38,336 bases of DNA from an uncultured cyanobacterium. GTDB taxonomy: Bacteria > Cyanobacteriota > Cyanobacteriia > Leptolyngbyales > Leptolyngbyaceae. The position numbers were made by a program, and so were the translations under genes. Of this stretch, positions 12,152 through 21,233 are shown piece after piece (the stretch's first letter is position 1; each line of letters starts with the position of its first letter). The stretch spans positions 1 to 38,336 of the forward strand of contig CAVYAN010000100.1 of the NCBI GenBank assembly GCA_963766075.1, read 5' to 3'. The notes below the pieces were generated by a model. The model saw only the letters and a program-made list of their open reading frames with translations, was not told where the DNA came from and searched no databases.

Positions 12152-12541
12152 ATGGCTGACTTTTTTCTTGAACCCGATGATGCCAAAACTTTTGGTGATA
12201 TTGACTACATGCGGAAAGCAAAACGCGTAAAGCGTACCTTTCCAAAAACCCTCAGCCAGCCCGAAGAACAAGAGCGCGATATTCAGGTATCTGCAACGGT
12301 TTTCCGTGATGAGCAAGCAAAAATGCGCCCCCCATCAGGCACTCCCGCAGCATCTGACGAAAACGTTAATGGCATTACCTTTGCGGCATCCTCCTTCGAT
12401 CCCTCTAACTTTGGCGCACCCACTGGTACCAGCAGCAGCACCAGTAGCTTTGAAACAAAACCCGATGAAGCGACTCAACGCCGCAAAGCGGATAGCAGCA
12501 TGGACATGTTTCGCAATATGGCCAAGCAAATCAAGAAATAA
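12152..12541 (+). CDS. Conserved cyanobacterial protein, probable phycobilisome-associated linker (ApcI/Sll1911-like)
   Basis: FFLEPDDAKTFGDIDYMRK...RTFPK N-terminus and C-terminal MDMFRNMAKQIKK (FxxM motif); family assignment from recall. Confidence 0.6.
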   Translation: MADFFLEPDDAKTFGDIDYMRKAKRVKRTFPKTLSQPEEQERDIQVSATVFRDEQAKMRPPSGTPAASDENVNGITFAASSFDPSNFGAPTGTSSSTSSFETKPDEATQRRKADSSMDMFRNMAKQIKK

Positions 12542-12589
12542 CCCCTAGGGCTACTTCACTCAGTCGTTAGGCGGCGACGCCGCGCCTAC

Positions 12590-12629
12590 AGGTCTGCAAC
12601 CTCTCCGGAAAGTTGCAGACCTCTTTTTT
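12590..12629 (+). terminator. Intrinsic terminator
   Basis: AGGTCTGCAAC...GTTGCAGACCT stem followed by CTTTTTT. Confidence 0.85.
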
Positions 12630-12710
12630 GCGTCACCTTTGCATCAAGCTACGTAAAGCAATTTACTCCTGGAAGCAGCTAACGCCTGAAAGCAACCAAC
12701 GCCATCGGCG

Positions 12711-13724
12711 CTAGAACCATGGCACTATTCCCCTCAAAAATGCCTCAACGGCGTGAAAAAGCGTATTCAAGCCAATCGCCCCGCCCAACCAGAACAGCAC
12801 ACCCGTCCGCGTCAACGCGAGCGATCGCATAATCACCTGGGGCGTAATCGGCTGCATCGCATCCCCCAACAGCGGTTTGGCCTTGCACACACCGCGATAC
12901 CAATTACTCCCGCCCATCTGCACCCCCAAAATCGCCGCATACACACACTCACTCCAGCCCGAGTTAGGGCTAGGATCCTGAGGGGCATCGCGCTGACAAA
13001 TTCGCCAAACCCGTCTAGGCTGACCGGACAGCACCGCCAACGTCACCACCACACAGCGACACGGCAGCCAGGTCAGGCAATCCTCCGCTTTAGCACTAAA
13101 CCAACCCCAATCTGTATAGGGCGGATCCCGATAACCCACCATAGAATCCAGGGTACTCGCCGCCTTATACGCCAACGCCAACGGCACACTCCCCAGCCCC
13201 AAAATTCCCCCAAGTAGCGCGTAAAACAGCGGCGCAAACACCCCATCTGTTGCATTTTCCGTGACCGTTTCTAGCACTGCCCGCAGAATTTCCGCCTCGG
13301 TCATCGCAGCCGTATCTCGACCCACATAAAAACTGAGCCGTTGCCGCGTAACCACGAGATCCCCCGTAGCGAAACTGCTCAACACATCTGTCGCAGCCCA
13401 TCGCAAACTGCGCCCCGCCAAACAGCTTGCTAGCAGAATAATTTCCACCGCCAGCCCCAGCAGACCATGCACCTGCCGCGCGATCGCCACCACCACCCAG
13501 CCCCCTAAACCACTCCCCAAGACCAACCCTACCCACAGACCCATTCCCCCCCACCGCAACCCGGACGGTTGTTTCAGAAATCGTAATCCCCAGGCCGTAA
13601 CCCGCGTGATCACCCAGCCCATCACCTGCACTGGATGAATCCATCCCCAGGGATCCCCAATCCAAAAATCCACGAAAGCGGCGATCGCCCACACCATCGC
13701 CAAATCTAGCCCCCCACCCATCAA
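12711..13724 (-). CDS. cbiB: Adenosylcobinamide-phosphate synthase (CbiB/CobD)
   Basis: GDPWGWIHPV, VGRDT, ENATDGVFAPLFY, TLDSMVGY, SPNSGWSE motifs. Confidence 0.93.
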   Translation of the reverse strand: MMGGGLDLAMVWAIAAFVDFWIGDPWGWIHPVQVMGWVITRVTAWGLRFLKQPSGLRWGGMGLWVGLVLGSGLGGWVVVAIARQVHGLLGLAVEIILLASCLAGRSLRWAATDVLSSFATGDLVVTRQRLSFYVGRDTAAMTEAEILRAVLETVTENATDGVFAPLFYALLGGILGLGSVPLALAYKAASTLDSMVGYRDPPYTDWGWFSAKAEDCLTWLPCRCVVVTLAVLSGQPRRVWRICQRDAPQDPSPNSGWSECVYAAILGVQMGGSNWYRGVCKAKPLLGDAMQPITPQVIMRSLALTRTGVLFWLGGAIGLNTLFHAVEAFLRGIVPWF

Positions 13725-13918
13725 TTCCGCCTCACCACAGCACCTGCTTTTTTGCCATTTTCATCCAAAAACCACCCCAACTCCTCTACCGAGGGGTGTT
13801 ACCCCTGATCACCCTTGATCCACTCTGGGCACATTAAAGCTGATTTTCATTGTATAGATGGTCCGGATTCGTAGTCCCACCATCCTGTACATCGCTCCCT
13901 TTACAGGCAGGTAAACCC

Positions 13919-14644
13919 ATGGCAAAAGTAGTTCCCATCCAGTTAGACGACGGCACCATCCTTTACATCGAAGGCCAATCCGGCGCAGAATCGCCCGAAT
14001 TACCCAGCGGCAGTTTAGCCGACACCGGCGAACAACGGCGCAGCGGTGCCAAGGGTCTGGGCAGTCTGACCCAAGGGCTACGAGTCGATCCAGCCCAATC
14101 CATGCAGATGGTCCAAAGTACCATTCGCACCTACACGCAATACTGCCTCAGCGCGTTCAAAGACATGAGCACCGCTAATGTCAATGAAGTGACCCTAGAG
14201 TTTGGCGTGAACATTAGCGCCGACGCTGGCATCCCCTACATTGCCGGCGGCAAAGCCCAAAGCAACCTCAAAATCACCGTCAAATGCTCTTTTGAGCAGA
14301 AAACCACTGAGGCAGAAAAACCAGCCCCAGTAATCAACGGCAACGGCAATACCGCCATCGCGCCGCCGCCCCCGCCCGCCGCTCGGATGCCCCTTCTAGC
14401 CCCGCAAGTCCGAGCCAACCCTAAACCACGAAACTCGTGGTTTCCCCCTGGGCGGCTTGCCAACTGCGCGCATCGTAGTACAAGTCCTCCAGGGAAATCG
14501 TGTACAGGGCTTCTTTCAGCTTCTGGTGTAACCGATTCCACAACGTCAAGGTCACCCAATCCTCAGCTTGGGAAGCATCCGGAACATGGCGACGCAACGG
14601 TTCCCCACTTTCACCCACCGCTTCCAAGATGTGCCCTAGGCTAA
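13919..14644 (+). CDS. CU044_2847 / Trypco1-like domain protein with Pro-rich tail; 3' end overlaps the Rrf2 gene
   Basis: VPIQLDDGTILYIE...EVTLEFGVNISADAGIPYIAGGKAQSNLKITVKC pattern; ATG at 13919 after CAGG; C-terminal boundary doubtful. Confidence 0.72.
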   Translation: MAKVVPIQLDDGTILYIEGQSGAESPELPSGSLADTGEQRRSGAKGLGSLTQGLRVDPAQSMQMVQSTIRTYTQYCLSAFKDMSTANVNEVTLEFGVNISADAGIPYIAGGKAQSNLKITVKCSFEQKTTEAEKPAPVINGNGNTAIAPPPPPAARMPLLAPQVRANPKPRNSWFPPGRLANCAHRSTSPPGKSCTGLLSASGVTDSTTSRSPNPQLGKHPEHGDATVPHFHPPLPRCALG

Positions 14645-14864
14645 TCTGAACCTGCGATCGCGCCAGTTGATACCCCCCTTGGGAACCGCGCACGGAATCC
14701 ACCAGACCCGCCTTTCGCAGTTCAATCAGCAGCTTTTCCAGATAGGGAGCGGGCAAATCCTGCCGCTGGGCGATCGCCTTCACCGAAGCCGGACCATGAC
14801 CGGGCTGCAAACTCAAATCCAACAGAGCCTTGACACTGTAATGCCCACGGGTTGTCAGCTTCAT
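14421..14864 (-). CDS. Rrf2 family transcriptional regulator lacking Fe-S cysteines
   Basis: MKLTTRGHY, IAQRQDLPAPYLEKLL, SVRGSQGGYQLAR; no Cys in the translation. Confidence 0.92.
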   Translation of the reverse strand: MKLTTRGHYSVKALLDLSLQPGHGPASVKAIAQRQDLPAPYLEKLLIELRKAGLVDSVRGSQGGYQLARSQVQISLGHILEAVGESGEPLRRHVPDASQAEDWVTLTLWNRLHQKLKEALYTISLEDLYYDARSWQAAQGETTSFVV

Positions 14865-14900
14865 AAAACGTCGGCCCCATAAAATTCTAGAGAGCGCAAA

Positions 14901-16118
14901 CTAGACAACAGCACAGAATTTTTCCACGCAGCGGACAAATATCTCCACCCCCATACTCAGTGCCGCTTCATCAAAGTCAAAGCGAGGATGGTGATGGGGA
15001 AAGTTCAACCCCCGCGACAAATTGGCCGACCCCAAGAAAAAGTAACAGCCCGGTATTGCCTGTAAAAAGAAGGACATATCCTCCCCTCCCATCGTTTGGC
15101 AATGCGGCACCACTCCCGCTGGCGTCTCAATCACCGCCTCAGCCACAGAACGAACCAAATCCGCGATCGCCCCGTCATTAATCACCGGCGGATACAAACT
15201 GGTATAGTCCAGCTCATACGTTGCCCCATGGGCTTGGCACACCCCCGCAATAATTTGCTCAATCCGCTGCTTGAAGAATCCAGCATACTGCGGATTGAAA
15301 TAGCGCACCGTCCCCGTTAATCGAGCACAATCGGCAATGATGTTTTTTGCCGTGCCCGCCTGAAATTCGCCTACTGTCACCACTGCCGAGTCAATCGGAT
15401 CCACATTGCGCGCCACAATCGTTTGCAGCGCATTGACAATTTGCGAGCCCACCACAATCGAATCAATCGTTTGCTGCGGAATCGCACCATGGCCCCCCTT
15501 ACCCAAAATGACACACTGAAACAGCTCAACTGCCGCCATCAGCGCCCCCGCCCGTACGCCCACCGTCCCCAAAGGCAACTGATTCCACAAATGCAAGCCA
15601 ATAATCGCGTCCACATCGGGATTTTTCAGCACTCCCGCTTCAATCATCGGCTTGGCCCCTCCTGGGCCTTCCTCCGCTGGCTGAAAAATTATTTTGACGG
15701 TTCCGGAAAACCGATCGCGATGCTGCGCCAAATACTGCGCCGTCCCCAGGGCGATCGCCGTATGCCCATCATGCCCACAGGCATGCATCACACCAGGATG
15801 CTGGGACCGATAAGACACCTCATTCACTTCCTGAATCGGTAGCGCATCCATATCCGCCCGCACCCCCAAAACGGGACCCGGGCGATCGCCCTCAATCACA
15901 GCCACCACTCCCGTCTGGGCAATGCCAACTTCATGCTCAATGCCCCACTGCGCCAACTGCTGGGCAATCAAAGTTGCGGTCAGATGTTCACGGAAACCCA
16001 GCTCCGGTCGCTGGTGAAGCTGTCGTCGCCATGCCACTAACTGCGGCTGCAACGCTTGAATATCCGCCCGAACCCGGGAACCATCGATTGCTGGAGACTC
16101 AAGAGATGTCGAAAGCAT
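14901..16118 (-). CDS. M20 family amidohydrolase (N-acyl-L-amino acid amidohydrolase)
   Basis: HQRPELGFRE, RADMDALPI, MHACGHDGH, FQPAEEG, GKGGHGA, GEDMSFF, HHHPRFDFDE. Confidence 0.93.
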   Translation of the reverse strand: MLSTSLESPAIDGSRVRADIQALQPQLVAWRRQLHQRPELGFREHLTATLIAQQLAQWGIEHEVGIAQTGVVAVIEGDRPGPVLGVRADMDALPIQEVNEVSYRSQHPGVMHACGHDGHTAIALGTAQYLAQHRDRFSGTVKIIFQPAEEGPGGAKPMIEAGVLKNPDVDAIIGLHLWNQLPLGTVGVRAGALMAAVELFQCVILGKGGHGAIPQQTIDSIVVGSQIVNALQTIVARNVDPIDSAVVTVGEFQAGTAKNIIADCARLTGTVRYFNPQYAGFFKQRIEQIIAGVCQAHGATYELDYTSLYPPVINDGAIADLVRSVAEAVIETPAGVVPHCQTMGGEDMSFFLQAIPGCYFFLGSANLSRGLNFPHHHPRFDFDEAALSMGVEIFVRCVEKFCAVV

Positions 16119-16263
16119 AATTTAACCGTGTCTTCTTCGCTAATTTTTTCGTCCCCATAAAATCAATCTGGGAACACCCTCTTTGATTTTGACACTCCTC
16201 ACCCCAGCGTATCCAGGTCTCGACCCGGACCGCGATCGCTCGCCTCTGATTTGCAGCCCACTT

Positions 16264-16289
16264 AATACATGAATATCTGTTCATATGTT
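16264..16289. promoter_or_regulatory. SmtB/ZiaR-type (ArsR family) 12-2-12 operator
   Basis: AATACATGAATA-TC-TGTTCATATGTT imperfect inverted repeat with TGAA...TTCA core, about 40 bp upstream of smtA. Confidence 0.82.
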
Positions 16290-16326
16290 ATGTTAAACAC
16301 AGCGATTTACCTAAGGAACTTTAATC

Positions 16327-16494
16327 ATGACCACCGTTACTCAAATGAAATGTGCCTGCGAATCCTGCCTATGCGTGGTGTCCCTCACCGAGGCCATCAT
16401 GAAAGCCGACCAACCCTATTGCAGCGAGGCTTGTGCCAGCGGTCATGCAGGCGGTACGGGCTGTGGCCGTACCGCCTGCGGGTGCCACTCGTAA
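16327..16494 (+). CDS. smtA: Bacterial metallothionein, 55 aa, not in ORF track
   Basis: MTTVTQMKCACESCLCVVSLTEAIMKADQPYCSEACASGHAGGTGCGRTACGCHS; KCACxxCLC and YCSEAC motifs; AAGGA RBS. Confidence 0.95.
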   Translation: MTTVTQMKCACESCLCVVSLTEAIMKADQPYCSEACASGHAGGTGCGRTACGCHS

Positions 16495-16841
16495 TAACCA
16501 CTCGTTTAACAGACCCACACTAAGGGAACCTGTGTTGGCGGCCTAGGCCGGGACTATGACTATCACCATCACCTAGGTCACAGAGTCATAGCCCTTCCTT
16601 GCAGCCCAGCATCTGCATCTAAAAACCATCCGCAAGCTCAAACCATCCCTGAAACGCCACAGCCAAGGTTTTACGGATGGTTTTTACATAAATACCAAAT
16701 TTTTTAGCCGTGGGATCACGGTTATTTATCTAAACTGCTGGGACATAGCATAGGGTAGCAAGGTTTCGAGTAAACCCAATCCAGTTCACAAATTGGAGCC
16801 TTTCCTATAGAGCAAGGCTAGGTCTCAACGCAGACAAGGAT

Positions 16842-17996
16842 GGGAGCATGTCATCCTTTTAGGGAGAATAATCCATTAAGGTAAGCCGTACGGTGGGCTA
16901 AGACTTGTGGCACATTTTCAGCGTCCCACTGTGCTCCAGATATTTGCACCCGACGGTTAATTTGCTTAATCGCCGACTCAACGGCTCCAGAACCAATAGA
17001 ACAGATGCCCTCAGCTTGATAGTAAGCATAGTTGACAATCCGGTGGCGATGCTTTTCGAGATAGGTGCAGAAGTTGTACGCCTGTTTCCGCTTCATATCC
17101 TTGAAGAGCGCCATCGTCTCATCCACCTGACCTTTCCATAAGTAGGCTTCTGCTTGACGCAGGCGTTTGAGCGAACCACCGACTTTTTGTAAGTTTTCGT
17201 TGAGATGATACCAGTCTAAAATCTCCCGCCGTTGTTCGGGAGTTGCAATTGCCGCAATCAGGTTCCAAACACCGTCATGACCATCGCCCAAACAAGTGAT
17301 AGGTGTACTTAAAGGTTGGCTATTCACCCAATCGATTAAGGGTTGATTTTGATGCAGATTAGCCACCACACCCTGGTCGGTCGCAATCGCTTTGTAGTCG
17401 CGCCAGATGCAGAGGTCGCCCACAGGAGTCCGTAATCGCACCTTACCCCCGTCAACACAGGCTTCCGTGATGGGTTGGAGGACCACTGGGGCGGGGAAAT
17501 CGGTCGTTTGGACCAACCGCTGTTGCGTGTTGTCACTCACCACCATGCCTGTGAGCAGCGCTACATCGGATTCCGCATTGGCATAGCTCACATTCGCACT
17601 AACGCGCAAGCAGCATAATTCTAAATACGGGCTGATTTGCTTGCCTGCAGCCACACCTAAGGCTTGACCTTGTTTCTCGCTCAAGGGGAGGCGACCTAAA
17701 ATACTTTTTAGGGTGCGGATGTATCCGGCGTTTGTACCTGTAATTGCTGTGATAAAAAAACACCGACTTGGGGACCCACATGTTCCTGAAGTTGCGCGCG
17801 AATCCCGGCCTCAATCTGTCCCAGATTTGTCATCTGACTTTTATCTGCGTCGGCATACAAAATCTTGGCAATGGCTTGCACGTGCTCATCGATCTGAGCT
17901 TTTTCGGCTGGGGTCATGGATATACACTCCCTAAGTCAGGCTCAAACCCTGATTATACAAGACTTATTTTTCTACCCAAAAGGGTGACATGCTCCC
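16842..17996 (-). mobile_element. Complete IS element, ISKra4-type, 1155 bp
   Basis: Terminal IRs GGGAGCATGTCATCCTTTTAGGGAGAA / GGGAGCATGTCACCCTTTTGGGTAGAA; 9-bp target duplication GACAAGGAT at 16833-16841 and 17997-18005. Confidence 0.93.
16851..17917 (-). CDS. ISKra4-type transposase, two ORFs joined by a -1 frameshift
   Basis: ORF A 17917-17708 and ORF B; DGGKVRLR, CLGDGHDGVW, LDWYHL, IGSGAVES motifs; T-TTT-TTA slippery site near 17753-17760. Confidence 0.88.
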
Positions 17997-18224
17997 GACA
18001 AGGATTGAATTGGAAGTTTAAATTGGAACTTTTTCAAAATTAGGGGATTAATAGAGAAACCACAGGGAATTTGATGTTTTCGTGCCCTTAATTAACGTAA
18101 TTAAGTTGCGGAAAAGCCGTGCCGTGCCACCATGGCATTGGCTCTCACCATCAACTCCCCGAGGTGCTAAGGGAAAATCTGTCGTTTTTCCACAACCGCT
18201 CCCCATGTTGTAAAAGATTGAGCA

Positions 18225-20759
18225 ATGGTACTACGCGACTCCCTAAATCTTCCCGTTAGAAAACTTTTTAGGCAGCCTTCTGCAAATGCCTCAACGGCAT
18301 CACCCCTAACTTCTAGCCCATGGCGGAAATTTTTGCGGGCTTGGCGAGGCGAAAGAATGGTCCGTTTGCATCTTCCCGAACCCACGGCCCCACTGCGAGC
18401 AATTCGGTTGACTTCGGAACAGCAGTACGCCGTAAGGCTGCTGGGACAACAAGCATTGTCTGGCCTAGACCTACCCGAACTGTTCCAGGCCACCGTTGAG
18501 ACTGTGGTCCAAACCCTAGAAAAACCCTATTGTCGAATTTGGCAAGTGCAGTCGGACGGCAAAACCCTGCGATCTCTCGTCCAAGTCGGTTGGGATCTCG
18601 CAGCCGCACTGCCAGAGACAAATATCGACCCCAGCCTGCAAAATCTGCTGAACTCGGCAGACCCGATTTACATTCGGCCTGAAACAGTATCAACCCCAGC
18701 CGCTAGCTTCATTCCTTGGATGCCACCCGATAGTCCTGAAGGGCTAGGCATTGTGGTGCGGAAGCACGAGGTAGCGTTGGCATTTTTAGAGATTTACAGC
18801 AGCCAGTTTAACCCCCTTCAGAAGCATGAATTTCTATTTTTACAAGCCGTGGGTCAGGTATTAGCAGCAGCCATTACCCGCAAACAAACAGAAGCCCTGC
18901 TGACGACTCGGGGGCAAATTTTAGAGAAAGTGGCGGCCGGAATTGCCTTACCGGAGATTTTCCATCAACTGTGCCTGCGCTTAGAAGCCCAATCCCCTGG
19001 CACCCGTTGTGCCATTACGTTGGTGGATGAGTCAGGTCATTACCTTTGTGGCACGGTAGCACCCAGCATGCCTCCTGCCTACTGCCGGGTGATGAATGGG
19101 TTAAAGGTGGCAGAAACTTCGGTGTCCTGCGGAACTGCCGTCCACCGCAAGATGGCGATTTTCCTGTCCGATCTGACACAGGATTCCCTGTGGACAGAGC
19201 TTCAGGACTTTGCAGTGCAATCGAATGTGCGAGCCTGCTGGTCAATGCCATTTTTCTCTCAGGCGGAGAAGGTACTCGGCACCGTGTCTTTACATCACGA
19301 AGTGCCCTGTGAACCCAACCACCATCATCGTCAATTGATGACGACAGCCGCTCATTTAGCCAAGATTGCGGTGGAACGGTGTCGAACAGCGGAGCGATTG
19401 CAGCAGCAGGCCCTGTATGACTCCCTGACAGGGCTATGTAACCGCAACTTTTTTATTGAGCAATTGCGCCAGAATTTGCAGGCATCACGGCAACCTCTGG
19501 GCACATCGCCCGGAGAACAGGGATGCCAAGCCTTTGCCGTCTTGTTTTTAGACGTGGATCGTTTCAAAGTGGTGAATGACAGTTTAGGGCATACCTTGGG
19601 CGATCAATTACTGGTAGAAATTGCACGGCGATTAGAGCGCTGCATTCGTGACCATGACACGTTTTCCCGCCTGGGTGGGGATGAATTTGCCATTTTGCTC
19701 AAGGAATTGGAAAACGTTGCAATGGCCCAAGCGATCGCGGATCGTATCAAGGCTGTTCTTTCGTTCCCTTTTAAAATCGGCGAGCGGGAAGTCTTTACAT
19801 CCGTCAGTGTGGGCATCGCCCATTCTGACAACGGCTACCACACACCCGAAGAGGTGCTGCGGGACGCCAATATCGCCATGTATCGTTCCAAGGCGCAGGG
19901 GCGGTCCAGTGCTACCGTATTTGACAAGACAATGCACGCCCATGTGCTATCTCGCTTGCAAATTGAAACGGGTTTGCAGCAGGCCGTTCAAGATTTACTG
20001 CTCAATCAAGATCCCCAATTTCAATTGCACTATCAGCCGATTGTGTCCCTCACTACGGGCAAAATTGCTGGATTTGAGGCGTTGTTGCGTTGGACCAACC
20101 CAGATCTGGGCCGCTTGTCGCCGTTAGAATTTATCCCTGTGGCGGAAGAAACGGGCTTAATTGTGCCCTTGGGGCGCTGGGTATTGCAGGAAGCCTGCGG
20201 GCAACTGCGCCGTTGGCAAACCTTGAGTGGTTGTCCCCACCTGAGCCTGAGTGTGAATGTTTCCAGTCGGCAGTTCCTACAGCCGGAATTCATTTCCGAC
20301 ATCCAACACCTGTTGCGCGCCACCCAAGTTCCCCCAACATGCCTCAAATTGGAAATTACCGAAAGCGTGCTGATGGAAACTGTAATTTCGGTGATGGAGC
20401 GCCTAGAACAGTTGCGGGAAATGGGAATTTGTCTAAGCCTAGATGACTTTGGGACCGGCTATTCTTCCCTCAGCTACCTCCAGCGCTTTCCGATTAATAC
20501 CTTGAAGATTGATCGTTCTTTTGTCCAGCAGTTGGAGGTGGGTCAGGAAGAGATTGTGCGGGCAATCGTGGCCCTAGCCCACGGGTTAAAAATGGATGCG
20601 ATCGCAGAGGGAATCGAAACCCCGGAACAGTTGGCCAATATCAAGTCCCTAGGCTGTGAGTTCGGGCAGGGCTATTTATTTTCTCCTCCGGTTAATCAGG
20701 CAGAGGCCGAGCGACTCCTAACGAATCCCCCTAACTGGATTGAACATCCCAACCGCTAA
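18225..20759 (+). CDS. GAF-GAF-GGDEF-EAL c-di-GMP signalling protein (start uncertain)
   Basis: DSLTGLCNR, LDVDRFKVVNDSLGH, RLGGDEF, FEALLRW, LDDFGTGYSSL, AEGIET, GQGYLFS; two GAF-like N-terminal domains. Confidence 0.93.
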   Translation: MVLRDSLNLPVRKLFRQPSANASTASPLTSSPWRKFLRAWRGERMVRLHLPEPTAPLRAIRLTSEQQYAVRLLGQQALSGLDLPELFQATVETVVQTLEKPYCRIWQVQSDGKTLRSLVQVGWDLAAALPETNIDPSLQNLLNSADPIYIRPETVSTPAASFIPWMPPDSPEGLGIVVRKHEVALAFLEIYSSQFNPLQKHEFLFLQAVGQVLAAAITRKQTEALLTTRGQILEKVAAGIALPEIFHQLCLRLEAQSPGTRCAITLVDESGHYLCGTVAPSMPPAYCRVMNGLKVAETSVSCGTAVHRKMAIFLSDLTQDSLWTELQDFAVQSNVRACWSMPFFSQAEKVLGTVSLHHEVPCEPNHHHRQLMTTAAHLAKIAVERCRTAERLQQQALYDSLTGLCNRNFFIEQLRQNLQASRQPLGTSPGEQGCQAFAVLFLDVDRFKVVNDSLGHTLGDQLLVEIARRLERCIRDHDTFSRLGGDEFAILLKELENVAMAQAIADRIKAVLSFPFKIGEREVFTSVSVGIAHSDNGYHTPEEVLRDANIAMYRSKAQGRSSATVFDKTMHAHVLSRLQIETGLQQAVQDLLLNQDPQFQLHYQPIVSLTTGKIAGFEALLRWTNPDLGRLSPLEFIPVAEETGLIVPLGRWVLQEACGQLRRWQTLSGCPHLSLSVNVSSRQFLQPEFISDIQHLLRATQVPPTCLKLEITESVLMETVISVMERLEQLREMGICLSLDDFGTGYSSLSYLQRFPINTLKIDRSFVQQLEVGQEEIVRAIVALAHGLKMDAIAEGIETPEQLANIKSLGCEFGQGYLFSPPVNQAEAERLLTNPPNWIEHPNR

Positions 20760-20767
20760 CTCGGGGC

Positions 20768-21151
20768 TTAGTTTTTAATCTTTAGAAACTGCCTGAGGCG
20801 AAGCAAACTCGCGGTTTGGGCCAGATTAATTGGCAATAGCGAAACGCCTTCTAACCGCGACTGCACCCAGTCATCGCCCCACATCCATTCGTGAAAGCCA
20901 TCAATCCCCTGACTCAGAATCAGGCGCAGGCAATTACCATTTAGATAATCAACGCGGTGCTGGATCACGATCGGGCCAAAAGAGCTGGTATAGACCAGAT
21001 CCACAGCGAGCTCTGGAGGCAAATCGGGAGAAAGTTGGACAGGCGCCAGCCATTGTTTGAGTTTGGCAGTCTGGGTCAACGCTTCTCGGAGGCGTTGAGC
21101 AGGAGCAGCCACTTCAATGCGGAGAGCCGTTTGTTGGAAGGAACCAAGCAT
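20768..21151 (-). CDS. Conserved cyanobacterial hypothetical protein (possibly SRPBCC-like fold)
   Basis: Clean ORF downstream of trmFO; LRIEV...WL...GIDGFHEW...VQSRLEGVS. Confidence 0.75.
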   Translation of the reverse strand: MLGSFQQTALRIEVAAPAQRLREALTQTAKLKQWLAPVQLSPDLPPELAVDLVYTSSFGPIVIQHRVDYLNGNCLRLILSQGIDGFHEWMWGDDWVQSRLEGVSLLPINLAQTASLLRLRQFLKIKN

Positions 21152-21233
21152 GGGATTTTAGATTGTGGATTGTGGGCTGATCGTGAAGATGGCTAGGTGT
21201 GGATGGCTGGAGAGGTCCACCGGGGAATCCGGA

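Noticed and set aside
16269..16523. 84-aa track ORF
   Set aside because: Alternative frame over smtA and its operator
18006..18224. c-di-GMP riboswitch upstream of the GGDEF-EAL gene
   Set aside because: No GEMM-type consensus recognised
18420..19400. GAF domains as cyanobacteriochrome photosensors
   Set aside because: No DxCF / CH bilin-binding motifs seen
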